In this document: piece by piece, positions 50,365 through 62,945 of the stretch
How the letters are laid out: each line of letters starts with the position of its first letter
Position numbering within the stretch: the stretch's first letter is position 1
Assembly (NCBI GenBank): GCA_043228905.1
Contig: JBHGNT010000010.1
Coordinates: 3,658,001-3,722,000 of the forward strand
DNA: 64,000 nucleotides
Direction of reading: 5' to 3'
Source of the DNA: Azolla caroliniana
Taxonomy: Eukaryota > Plantae > Polypodiophyta
Notes under the pieces: generated by a model
The model's database searches: none
What the model was told of the DNA's origin: nothing
What the model saw: only the letters and a program-made list of their open reading frames with translations
Translations under genes and position numbers: made by a program

Positions 50365-53300
50365 GTCCAACCAAAATAGGAGCCGTTTGGTTGGACAACC
50401 CTAGATTTGTGCAGCCCATTAGTGGTTCCATTTCCTCTAAGCAAGTTAGCAATGTGTTCTTAGCTCAAGTAATGGTTAGTACTAAAAGTACTCCTCCAGT
50501 ACATGTCTTAGCACTCTTAGATTCCGGAAACAACTCTTGCTTCATGGATAAGAAATTTTCCCAAGCTCATCACATATCCCTAAGAAAAGTTTCTTGCATA
50601 GAATCTGCAGTAGTTATTGATGGTTGTCCCATTGCTTTCGGAAAAATCGTAGAGGAGTCAGAGGAGATTCAAGTTGCCCTAGATAACTTGGTGTGTGTAG
50701 TATCATTTAATATAATTAGTAGTCCAGATAATCCAATTGTGTTGGGGTTACTGTGGTTCGAATTACATAACCCAACCATAGATTGGACAACAAGAGAAAT
50801 TCAGTATCGACAAATCCGAGGATCTACTCAAAAGATTGGAACCATTTCGCTACATCAATTGGGTGAGGAAGGACGCAAGGAAGCAATGTTTGTCGTCGTG
50901 GTATCAGTAAAATCTTCCAACACTATTAAAGAGGAATCCGTAGTTCAACTTCCAGAGAAGTATCGTCTGTATGCCGACGTGTTCGATAAGGTACAAGCCA
51001 ATACGCTTCCTCGCCACCGACCGTATGATTGCCCTATCGATTTACAACTGGGAAAAGAGCCACCATGGGGATCGATCTACAATTTGTCACCAATCGAGTT
51101 AGAAGTCCTTCGAGCCTATATAGAGGAGAATTTTGCAAACGGTTTCATTCGACATTCGAAATCTCCAGCCGGCGCACCCATTTTCTTTGTCAAGAAAAAG
51201 GATGGATCACTTCGTCTCGGCGTAGACTATCGCGACTTGAATAAGGTCACCATCAGGAATAGGTATGAACTTCCCCTTATCTCAAGTCTTTTAGAACAAA
51301 TCAATGGTGCAAGGTTCTTCACAAAGATCGACTTACGAGGAGCATATAACCTCGTACGGATCCGACTAGGAGATGAATGGAAGATCGCGTTCCGCACCAG
51401 ATATGGGCACTTCGAGTATACGGTCATGCCATTCGGTCTCACTAATGCACCAACAATCTTCCAGCACATGGAAAATGATATATCCCGAGATCTCTTGGAT
51501 GCTTGTTTGATCATCTATTTGGATGATCTAGTTTATTCGAAAACCCAAGAAGTGCATGATTCTCATGTATTGTTAGTAGTAAAATGGCTCCAAGAACATG
51601 GTCTTTATGCAAAACTAGAAAAATGTAGCTTCGAGTGCAACCAGGTGGAATTTCTTGGGTATGTCATCTCCTCGGAAGGCATATCTATGGATCCAACTAA
51701 GGTCAAAACTGTGGTAGAGTGGTAGACTCCACGTTCGTTGCGAGATGTGCAATGCTTTTTAGGCTTGGCCAATTTCTATCGCAAGTTTATACAGGATTAC
51801 TCAAAGCTTATTCTACCTCTTACACAGCTTACCAAGAAGGGGCAGTCGTTTGTTTGGTCTAAAGAAGAGGACATTGCTTTTGAGAGTCTTAAGAAGGCAT
51901 TTACATCAGCTCCTATTCTAGATCATGTTGATCCGAAAAACGATTCATCATTGAGGTAGACACGTCAGATTTCGCCTTGGGTAGCATTCTTCACAACAAG
52001 ACGATGATAAAAAGCTACATCTTGTGGCTTTCTACTCAGTATAACGCCGCCGAAATCAACTATGAAATTCACGATAAAGAGCTATTAGCAATAGTGGACT
52101 CTTTTACGCAATGGAGGCATTTCTTAGAGGGATCTTCTCATCAAGTCACCGTATTTAGTGATCACAAAAATCTTGCCTACTTCTAGAATGCTCGTGTATT
52201 AAATTGAAGCCAAGCTCGGTGGGCCCAATTCCTCACTCGTTTCGACTTCAAAATTACATATCGTCCCGGGAAGCAGCAAGGGAAGGCAAATGCGTTATTG
52301 CGACACTCGTATCTAGCACCGATGTCGTGAAGATTTTCGACAATGGTGTGAAAATCACCTAAGACATACGAAATCAAGTGTCAATCATATAAAACAATAA
52401 TAGTGAATATACTAATTCTAAGTAAGTTTAATATCTTAGTACAAAAGACGAAAATCTTGAAGAGATGCACTTTACTACATAAGAAACAAACATCTAAGTG
52501 TTAACTTATGTGGGTAAAAAGTTGCGAAAGAAAAAGAGAAAATTGTGAGATATCCCACATAGATAGGACGAATAAGGCTCTCACCATATATAATGTAGAG
52601 CAAAAGTTATCATCTTTGTGTCTATGTGTGGAGCATAGAACTAAGAGTGGAGGGGGCCTAGCCACTTGTAAAGGTTTTGGCCAACCAAAACGGAATTGGA
52701 TGGTAATCGACAATCGGTGATCCGGCGGTATCAGCATCTGACGGGTCGGCGAGGCGGCATCCGGCATCCGATATCCGGCGACAACGGCATTCGACGACAA
52801 AATAAATAAATAAATATATCACATATATATACAAGGAGGGCAAGTGACAATTTGAACCTTACATCTCCTAGTTAAGAGTCAATAGGCTTACCACTAAGCC
52901 ATGACATTTAGTTAAATTTATATTTCTATCATTGTAGTTTTACATGTAAATTCACATACATGAGAGCTAAAATGAGTGACATGGTTATCATGCACCACAT
53001 GTAATACATGAGCACCAAATGGCAAACATGCATTTTATGCATGTCTTGTACCCTCTCATGCATCATATCTTGTACCCTCTCATATGCATGAGAGCATCTA
53101 TAAAAGAAGGGATGAAAAAGAAGAAGGGTTAGGTTTTTTGGGTTATGAAATTAAGAAGAAGAAAATTCGTTATCGATTTGATCGTGTAACTTGTTTCTTA
53201 AAATCTAAAATCAAGAGTTCAATCTTAATCTCTCTCAATCTATAGTCAAGTCAAGCATTCTATTCTATCTCAAGCTCTCTCTCTCTTTCAATCTAGCTTA

Positions 53301-54984
53301 AGTACTTTCTCGCTAAAGCTTGCGCCAACTTCAAGTCCTTCCGGTCCAGAACCCCGGTGGTTCCGCCTCACGATCCGCGCATAGTGACGGATCTTCATGA
53401 CACCGCGTCCCGATCAGCCAACATTTGATAACCAAAAGCAAGTAATCCTGGGACTGGCACGACTGCAAGCAACGCGGGTTTTCGATATGTCATTGGATTC
53501 CCACATTATCGATACCCTACATGAGGACTTGAAGACAAATGCTTTCACTCAAGACATTCTAGCATAAATTAATCCCTCTCGAGCATCTTGTTCATAGTCG
53601 CAACAGCTAGGTATGGATTATCGACAATTCGAATGTCATGATGGATTACTATTCTTTAAGAAGCTCCTGTATGTTCCTAAATTATGGTTCTTGTCGCCTT
53701 CGAGTAGTCCAAAAATGTCATGACACATATACAACTGGGCATTTTGGTAGTACTAAAACATTAGATTTAGTACAACGATCATTCTGGTGGCCTCATATGT
53801 GACGATTTGTCGAAGATTATGATCGGACATGTGATACATGTTGGAGAGCAAAGATACCAAGACACCATCCATATGGTTTATTAGAACCATTACCAATTCC
53901 AAGCAAGCCATGGCAATCCATTGCTCTAGATTTCATCACAGATCTTCTAGTGTCTAAGGGATTCAATGCGATTTTAATAGTAGTAGATCGATATACGAAG
54001 ATGGCCCATTTCTTGCCATGTAGTAAGGAAATCTCCAGTGAAGAAACCGCCGAAATTGTCATGCGTGAAGTATGTCGGCATCATGGCCTTCCTGATAGTA
54101 TCATTTGCGACCGTGGACCCCAGTTCATCTCGAAATTTTGGAAGCATCTCTTTAAAATGCTCAAGGTCACTTGTAACCTCTCCTCCGGCTACCACCCGCA
54201 AACAGACGGACAAGCAGAATGAACAAATCAAACGCTGGAACAATATCTAAAGTGTTTTCTAAGCTATCATCAAGATGACTAGGCGGATATTCTCCATTTT
54301 GCCAAATTTGCGTATAATAACTCTATCCACTCATCGACTAATGTCACACCATTTTATGCTTATACGGGCTATCATCCCCGGTGATGTGTTTTCAAAACTC
54401 TAGAGTTACCCACAAATCCTTGTGCAGAGGATTGTTTGGAGCGGTTACGCAAGATATAGGCGGATTTATCTACTTATCTACAATAAGCTCAACAAACAAA
54501 CAAGGATTATGCGGATCATCATCGGCTTCCATCCAGTTTTAACATTGGAGATCGGGTATGGCTATTACGACGACAGATCAAGACTACTCGCCCATGCGAT
54601 AAATTGGATTATCGACGATTGGGTCCTTTCCGTATTATCGGGAAAATTAATGATGTCGCTTTTCGTCTTGATCTACCTCCACAACTACGGATATATCTGG
54701 TATTTCATAGTTCTCTTCTAGAACCCTATCAAGATAGCACTATCCCAGGTCGTATCAAACCACCTCCACCCCCGATCGAACTTGAAGATGGACCTGAGTA
54801 CGAGTTTGCCGCCATCCTCGATTCCAAGATTGTTCGCAACAAGCTCTACTATTTGGTCGATTGGCTAGGATATAGTCCCAACGAGTGTACTTGGGAACCA
54901 ATAGAGAATTTGACCAATGCTCGTGTCTTCTTGAAGACTTCCATCGTCAATATCCAGAAAAACCGGGTCCTCAATCCAAAATGA
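50352..54984 (+). pseudogene. Gypsy pol (PR-RT-RH-INT-chromodomain), disrupted and split by a solo LTR
   Basis: ORF 50391-51725 covers PR and RT. Fragments at 51738-52322 and 53403-54984 cover RNase H, integrase and chromodomain. Confidence 0.9.
52323..53402 (+). mobile_element. Solo LTR (1080 bp) inserted in gypsy pol
   Basis: Terminal inverted repeats TGTCGTGAAGAT...ATCTTCATGACA (11/12 match) and a 4-bp TSD CCGA/CCGC. Pol reads SYLA|PRPDQPTF across it. TATAAAAG at ~53099. Confidence 0.85.
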
Positions 54985-55017
54985 CTCGTAACACTCGTCG
55001 TTTTAAAGGGGGGATAG

Positions 55018-55399
55018 TGTCATGATATGGAAAGATTCAAACCCATGACCTTATGTTATGTGGGTGAGCCCTTGCCATTAGACTATACATTGTAATACGA
55101 AGGATATTATTTTCATTTATTATCTCACTATAGAAAATTTATGTATATTCCAGATTTCTCTGGAACATTCTAGAAACTTCAGGAGTACACCTGAAAACAC
55201 TATATAAGGAGGCACAAGGCATTATTTCGAACCAAATCGGTTCAACGCCAGTCTTAAGCCTCCTAGCTACTATTATATATTCTCTTCACATAATATATAT
55301 CTCTTGTTATCATCATTCTCTCTCTCTCTCTCCTTCTCTCGAGAGTTCTTCACCTCTTTTAGTACTAATTCCTACTCTGTCTTAGTACTGTTCCTGACA
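55018..55399 (+). repeat. 3' LTR of the gypsy element
   Basis: TGTCA...TGACA directly after the PPT. Confidence 0.93.
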
Positions 55400-55805
55400 C
55401 TTATCTCACGAAAAGACATCAAAAAAGTCTAAAAGCACAGTAGTCAGCTTACTAGATAGACCCAATGTAATGTGATGGGATAAAATCCTTTCAAACTATT
55501 ATTTGCCCACCCATAATAAGTTATAGCATATCCAAAACTTTGTGAGGACAGATAACTAATAACTAAATGGCGAAGAACAACATACATTTGTAACACTAAT
55601 CTTTTTAGTGTACGAGCTGATTTAAGTTGATAATTGGGCAAGACATCATGCATTAATCTCTTAAAAGAAAAACTAGAAGACTCAATATGTGCATGAGGTA
55701 GCATTGATGAAACTATATATCTAACAATAGTACTATCAAATTTCTTCTCTTGAGTATGAGATATAACTAATGTAGATGTAGATACATCTATTTGAGTTTG
55801 GACAA
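55400..55805 (-). mobile_element. hAT-family transposase remnant, N-terminal/central part
   Basis: IVRYIVSSMLPHAHIES..F..LMHDVLPNYQLKSARTLKR...YAITYYGW...GFYPITLHWV, equivalent to the hAT T.D.WT...Y..IT.HWI block. Confidence 0.8.
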
Positions 55806-57670
55806 TGTTGAGAATCAAGCTCAACATAGTGCAACATGTGAACACACCTTTTGAGAATCTATGATTACTCAAAGGTCAAGAGTCACACCACTACTCTCTA
55901 CACATTAATTATGTGTCATAGAATCATATTCTATGACACATAACTTATGAGTTACATATTCCCCATGATTATGAGTCTTCACATTCCCCAAGAGAGAGTG
56001 GTTGTTGTCGTTAGTTAATGAAGAGAGAGGGTGACTATATATATAAAGCACCCGCCTCATACTTTATACCAAGTCGATTGTGACTCCTTGTAATGCTACA
56101 TTTTGTATTTGCTATTTTACTTGTGAATATACATCTTATTCTTCTTCTTGAGTATTTCATTTCTCTAGCTTATCTATCTTGTGTTTCTCATCTCTTCTCT
56201 CTTTTCTCTCACACATAACACACACCTCTTCCGCTACACAAGAATCATATCCGATTCTTTACATGGTATTAGAACGATTTGGTAGCTTGATCTAGCCCAT
56301 CTGCGCGTGTTGTGTTCTACGCTGATGTTCAAGAAGAACCGGTCCATCACTATCGTAGTGCGACTACATAGCTCGTATTTGAGAGAGAAGGAAAAGAAAA
56401 GAAGGAAGAAATCTTCATCGACAATGAATAGATTGAGAAGCTAGCAAGAAGCTAGATTGAAACAACTTTGCATCTTGGGAGTACAAGATGCACCAATACC
56501 TAGTCGGCCAAGGCTCTTGGGGTTACATCAAAGGAGCACAAGAAAACTGACTCGACCCGAAGATGTTGACTACGCAACATGGGAGCAAGCGGCAAACTGA
56601 GTGATGTATTACTTGGCGACATGTGTTCACGACCACATGCTCGGCTACATTCGAGAAGCCGAGACGCCAAAGGAAGCGTGGGAGAATCTACGAAAGATTT
56701 TCGCCACCAACACAACCGCTAGAAAGCTTCAACTCTACCAAGATTTGAACAACATCCAACAAAGGGATATGTCCATCATGAGCTACACCTTGAAGATCAA
56801 GGAGCTTTGTGACTTGGTCGGCTCAATAAGCGTCAATGTGGACGGTGATGAGATGGTGCAAATATGCCTCAACGGCCTTGCACCACGGTTCGATGCAATG
56901 AGGACCGTCGTATTAGCACGAGAGAATCCGCCCTACGTCTTCGATCTTCAATCCATGTTGTTGGTCGAAGAAAACCATGTTCGAACAAGGAGCAACGCCT
57001 CTGAAGGCCACATGCATTACTCACATTGGGACGGAGGAAGAGGACGTGACCCTACAAGAAGAGGCCGATTCGGCCAAGGACGAGGCGGACGAGGTGGACG
57101 AGGCTTGACTTACGAAAACAACTTGCAATTTCGGCATCAAGACGGAAGCCATCGAGGAACCTTCAGAAGAAGGGGGAGCTTCCATTCCGGTCTGAGCCGA
57201 CAAAACTCGGTTGAATGTGGATATTGGGAAAAATCGGTCACCACGAAGAAGAGTGCCGTAAGAAGATGCACGAGTCGGCTTCCACAAGCCGACAACTCAC
57301 CAATTACACCACTGACTCTGACTATGACAATCATGGCGGAATGTTCATGATGAGACATAGAGAAAATTCTATGTCGGTTTCTACCTCGAATAGTGTATCT
57401 AATCTGGAAGACGTATGGTTCGTCGACTCCGGTGCCTCAAACTACCTCGAACCATATGATGTCTCATCAAGAATGGTTCCGAGAACTTCAAGAGACGGAC
57501 CAACCCGGCTATGTCGAAACCGGAGACGACCCCTACGCATTCGATTCGACACATTGTCAATGTCCCATTCGGCAAAGAAGGCAACCAAAATTTTATTAAG
57601 AATGTCTTGCATGTACCAACCATTACGAAGAATTTGGTCGCCATCACCCCAAATTGTTGAGCAAGGGATG
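55806..57670 (+). mobile_element. Ty1/copia element, 5' half (LTR 55806-56263, PBS 56264-56275, gag, protease)
   Basis: TGTTG...TTACA LTR, tRNA-iMet-type PBS TGGTATTAGAAC, gag NFASWEYKMHQYL...AWENLRKIF, protease WFVDSGAS. Truncated at ~57670. Confidence 0.9.
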
Positions 57671-57956
57671 TGTGGAAGTGTTTTAAGAAATCGAGGTATT
57701 AAACTCTACAAGAATATAAGGTATGCATCATTCACATCTGGAGGTCAAGAACATGAACCAAGTCTTGAAGAAAAGTCAAACTAAAAGTAAGACACGTGGA
57801 GAAAAGTAAAAGAAAAAAAAATGGGCCACCAAAACACAGTGTGAAACGAACGCTTATAACTCTTTCGTTTGGAAGGCAAATATAATGTGCAAATATGGGT
57901 TAGAAAGCTCGTGAAGTCATCTATCTGTAGCGTTTTAAATCACTAAATTTGGAGCT

Positions 57957-60900
57957 CATAGTTTAATGTGTAGAGAGTGGTATGACTCTTGACCTTTGAG
58001 TGCTCATGGATGCTCAAAGGGTGGTTCACACGTGTGGTTCACAGGTTACACTATGTTGAGCTTGATTCTCAACACGCCCCCTCAAGCTCAACTCGGGTCA
58101 GTTCCTTTTGATTGATGTCCGCTTTGGCTGGTATCCGGTTCGGACGATCTCCAGTGTCCGCTTCGGCTTGTACCTGGTTCGGACGATATCCGGTTCTCGC
58201 TTGTACTCCCCCTCAAGCTTGGCAAGTCAGGGATCATCAATCCGAGGTCTGACATGAATTGCTGAAGATTTTCGGGTCCTAGGGCCTTGGTGAAGATGTC
58301 GGTTGTCTGAAGATTCGTGTTGACGTGTAGAAGATTGACATCTCCGGCTTGAACGCGCTCTCAAATGAAGTGATAGTGCACTTCAATATGCTTTGTGCAT
58401 GCGTGGAACACCGGGTTCCGAGCTAGATATATACTGCTCATGTTGTTGTAGTAAATGGGAGTCAGATCCTTGATGGGAATGCCTAGATCCTTCAAAATCC
58501 TCTTGAGCCATACGGCTTCACATGCAGTTACGACTACGCCCCTGTATTCGGCCTCCGTACTCGAAAGTGCGACAGTAGGTTGCTTCTTACTACAAGATAT
58601 TGCTCCACTACCAAGCGAGAAAAGAAATCCGGAGGTCGATCGTCGATAAGCTTTGTAGCCTGCCTAGTCCGCGTCTGTGTACCCTTCGAGTTGTATTGGT
58701 GTGGCCGATGCATAGATCACACCGTAATCCATTGTGCTGCTCACGTATCGTAATACTCGCTTCGCGCAATCGAAATGGATATCTCGCGGAGTTTGCATGA
58801 ATTGGCTAAGGAGTCTGACTGGATAGCTAAGGTCGGGTCGAGTGATCGTGAGATAGATGAGGTTCTCAATCAGTTGACGATATTGGGTCGGTCGCACTCG
58901 TATGTGCCAGAGTCAACATCTAGTTTGAGGTTTCGATCAAGAGGCGTAGCGACCGATTTGCACTCAGTCATCCCGAACTTGTATAACAAGTTGAGGATGT
59001 AGTGTTGTTGAGAGATCATAATGCCGGTCGGAATCTGATTTACTTCGATGCCAAGGAAGTAATGGAGCTCCTTCATGTCCGTCATCTCAAATTTTCCGGA
59101 GAGGAGGGACTTGACCTTGTTGATGTTGATTAGACTTTCACCTCCAATGACTAAGTCATCCACGTATAGGATGATGACAATTAAGCTTCTAGAGTCATGT
59201 CGTATGTAGAGGGAGTTGTCGGATTTCGACATTCGAAAGCCGATTTGATGAAGATATTGTGTAATCTTCGAATGCCAAGCACACGGTGCTTGCTTGAGGC
59301 CGTAGAGTGGCTTCTTGAGTTGGCACACGGCTTTTGGATGAATGCGTGATTCAAAGCCGGGAGGTTGTACCATGTACACCTCCTCTTCTAATTCTCCTTG
59401 GAGGAAAGTGTTCGTGACATCCATCTGGTGGAGGTGCCACCCTTTCGCCGCTGCGAGTGCAATTACGGTCCGCACCGTCGTCATCTTTGCCACTGGGGCA
59501 AATGTCTCTTCATAGTCGACTCCATGTGTTTGTGCGTATCCTTTCGCTATGAGTCGAGCTTTGTAATGGTTTACGGAGTTGTCGGCATTATACTTCACCT
59601 TGTAGATCCATCTGCAACCAATTGCCTTCTTATGCGATGAGTGGGGAACGAGATCCCATGTCTCGTTCTTGCGTAGTGCACGCATCTACTCGTTCATTGC
59701 TTCGATCCATCATGGGTTCTTCGTGTCTTTGGAAAAGGTTTCCTGCTTCCGTACTATCGCTACCTTCATCATAAAGGTCTAATGGTATGCCATATAATCG
59801 TTGTAGCCGAATCGGCTTACGGGGTTCTTTTCACAGGTGGATTGACGGAGCTTCTCATTTGTGGATACTACATCTTCCTTCACTCCATTTGTTTGGATGT
59901 CAAGGCCTTCAAACTCACTATCAAGGGAGTGAGTCGATTCGATGCCGTCGAAATGATCGTCTTCATACTCCGGCATTTTGGCCTTCCTTTTGTCTAGCTT
60001 CGGACTCGGTCGAGATGTGCTTTGATCGTTCAGAGGCTCTTGTGGTCCACTAAGCCTTGTCGTAATCAGGCTTTCTTCGAACATGCGCGTGAGTTGATCT
60101 TCGGCTTCTATCTCTATTTCGGCGGAATCTGGGTCGAACGGAATCGAAGTCAAAATGTCTCTGGTGCGTACCAGGATGCAGACTCGTCGAAGACGACATC
60201 TCGACTTACTTGAGATTTTCGAGTTGAGGGGTTATAGCACATGTATCCTTTTTGCTCCAGTAAGTATCCTACGAGGATACATTTCTCCGACTTCGGGTCG
60301 CGCTTTTGACGCTTCTCGTCGGGTATGTGCACGTATGCAATGGAGCCAAATATCCGAACATGTGATAGGTCCGGCTTCTTTCTGAAAAACTTCTCGTGTG
60401 GAGTAAGTTCGTGCACACCCGATGTTGTACACCGATTCATGAGGTATACGACCGTGTTAGCTGCTTCCGCCCAATACGATTTCGGCATGTGCTTTTCGTT
60501 AAGCATAGCCCGTGCTACTTCGAGGATGTGTCGATTCTTGCGTTCGGCTACTTCGTTTTGTTGTGGCGTATGTCGACACGAAAACTCTTGTCGTATTCCT
60601 TCTTTCCGTAGAAACGCCGAAAATTCGTCGAAGAAGTACTCCTTGGCTCCATCCGAGCGAAGACATTGTACATGTCGACCTGTGGCTTTCTCGACTTCAT
60701 TCTTCAATTTTTGGAAGTGTCCGAACACTTGCTCTTTTGCTGCATGGGGTAGATTCAGGTGTGCTTGGACAAGTCGTCGATGAAGGCCACGTAGTATCGG
60801 CATCCACCGAATGTAGCTGTCTGAGCCAGACCCCATACATTAGAATGAATTACGTCGAGTACGCCTTTGCTCACATTCCGCTCCTTCGGAAATGGCTGCC

Positions 60901-62650
60901 GATGTTGCTTGCCGAATTGGCAAGCCGGACATACGCCTTCAATCTCTCTCTCTCTTTGAAGGTCGTGAGTCTGATGACGACTCCTTTCGATTGCATCACC
61001 TTGAGCTTTTGAAGGTTGATATGGCCAATCCTCTTGTGCCATAACTCTATGTCGGACTCAGCTTTCGTGCCTTTTGCCAACATGGCCGATTTCATCTCGT
61101 GCGAGTCGAGAATGAACATTCAACCCTCTCTTCATCTGCGCATGATGAGTCAGCCCTCTTTTTCGATCAAGCAACCACCTTGATTAAATCGAACTTGCAT
61201 TCCTTGCTCTACAATTTGGTCGACGGAGACCAAATTCTTCGTGATAGTTGGTACATGCAAGACATTTTTAATGTAAGTTTTCTTACCTTCTTCTCCGAAC
61301 GGAACATTGCCGATGTGCCGAATCGGATGTGTAGTGTCGTCTCCGGTTTTGACATAGCCGGGTCATTCCAACTCTCGAAGTTCTCGGAACCATTCTTGAT
61401 GAGACATCATATGGTTCGAGGCACCGGAGTCGACGAACCATATGATGTCTCATCACAGGATTTTCTTTGACCAACAACATGGATTGAAGATTGAAGGAGG
61501 ACGGATTCTCTCGTGCTAGTACAACGGTCCACATCGCGCCAGACCGTGGTGCAAGGTCGTTGAGGCATATTTGCACCATTTCGTCATCCTCCACATTGAG
61601 GCTTATCGAGCCAAGTGCATCACAAAGATCCTTGATCTTCAAGGTGTAGTTTGGGATGGACATATCCCATTGTTGGATGTTGTTCAACTCTTGGCAGAGT
61701 TGAAGCTTTCTCGCGGTCGTGTTGGCGGCGAAAATCTTTCGTAGATTCTCCCACACTTCCTTCGACGTCTCAACTTCTCAAATGTAGCTGAGCATGTGGT
61801 CGTGAACACATGTCGCCAAGCAATACATCACTTGGCTTGCCGCTTGATCCCATGTTCCGTAGTCGGCGTCTTTCGGGTCGGGACGGTTTTCTTGTGCTCC
61901 TTTGTTGTGACCCCAATAGCCTTGGCCGACAAGGTATTGGTGCATCTTGTACTCCCAGGATGCGAAGTTGTTTCGGTCCAACTTCTTGCTAGGGAGAGCG
62001 CTCCCCATTTGAGCATTCATTGTAGATTAAGCTTCCTTTCTTCTTTTCCTTCTCTCTCGAACACGAGCTATGTAGTGGTACTACGATAGCGATGAGCCGG
62101 TTCTTCTTGAACGTCGGCTTAGAGCACAACACATGATCACGATGAGGCGAGTGGGCTAGATCGAGCTGCCAAATCACTTTGATACCATGTAAAGAATCAA
62201 TGGCGATTCTTGTGTAGAGGAATAGATATGTGTGTTATGTGTGAGAGAATAGAGAGGAGAGAAAAGAGAACTCACGATAGATAAACAAGAGAAATAAAAT
62301 AATCAAGAAGTAGAAGGTGTATATTTCACAAGTAGAATAGAGATACAAAAATGTAGCATTACAAGGAGTCACAACCAACTTCATATGAAGTATGAGGAGG
62401 GTGCTTTATATAGAGTCACCCTCTCTCTTCATTAACTTACAACAACGTCCACACTCTCACTAGAGCCTTGAGGAATGTGAAGTCTTATGGTCATGGGGAA
62501 TGTGGAACCCATTAGTTATGTGTCATAGAATATGATTCTATGACACATAGTTTAATGTGTAGAGAGTGGTATAACTCTTGACCTTTGAGTGCTCATGGAT
62601 GCTCAAAGGGTGGTTCACACGTTACACTATGTTGAGCTTGATTCTCAATA
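57957..62650 (-). mobile_element. Ty1/copia element of the same family, near-complete (5' LTR 62188-62650, truncated 3' LTR 57957-58074)
   Basis: PBS TGGTATCAAAG at 62177-62187. Gag, LWHKRIGH, integrase LRSDG.KEY...PQQN.VAERKNR, RT YKARLIAKGYAQ...QMDV...LYGLKQAP...LYVDD, RNase H TKHIEV. PPT AGCTTGAGGGGGCG at 58075-58088. Confidence 0.95.
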
Positions 62651-62945
62651 GATATGATAAGTTGGACATTGATGTCGTAAGGAAATAATTTCGCATAATG
62701 TTGAGTGGAACACCACCTGTTCAGGTCCAAAGAAGAAAGGAATGAATGGAGCATGGCAACATGATAACACTTCTCTAGCATGGCAATATTAGGTGTTAGA
62801 TCATGGGAAGAACAGTCTACAAATGATTTTTGGAGACGAAATGGAGTTTCTCCACAACATCTCAAACAATTTTGGAAATGGCTATGTGGTATAAAAATGA
62901 GTAGGAAAATTGTTTGTTTTCGTTGGTTGTTGGTTCATAAAGCTA
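62651..62945 (+). mobile_element. L1-like LINE fragment (zf-RVT entry)
   Basis: KQFWKWLCGIKMSRKIVCFRWLLVHKA, cut by the copia LTR at 62946. Confidence 0.65.

Larger units (their letters stand above)
48668..55399 (+). mobile_element. Full-length but mutated chromoviral Ty3/gypsy LTR retrotransposon (Tf1/sushi-type, Tcn1-like)
   Basis: LTRs 48668-49128 and 55018-55399; TSD CTCAT/CTTAT; PPT AAAGGGGGGATAG at 55005-55017. Gag has CLYCSEPGHIAVNC, protease LLDSG, RT FTKIDLRGAY...MPFGLTNAP...YLDD, RNase H NYEIHDKELLAIV, integrase DRGPQF...YHPQTDGQAE, and chromodomain EYEFAAILD...YYLVDWLGY....TWEP. Many stops and frameshifts. Confidence 0.95.

Noticed and set aside
60325-61470. Plus-strand ORFs of 120-170 aa inside the copia element
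   Set aside because: Antisense shadows of the integrase and protease coding region.
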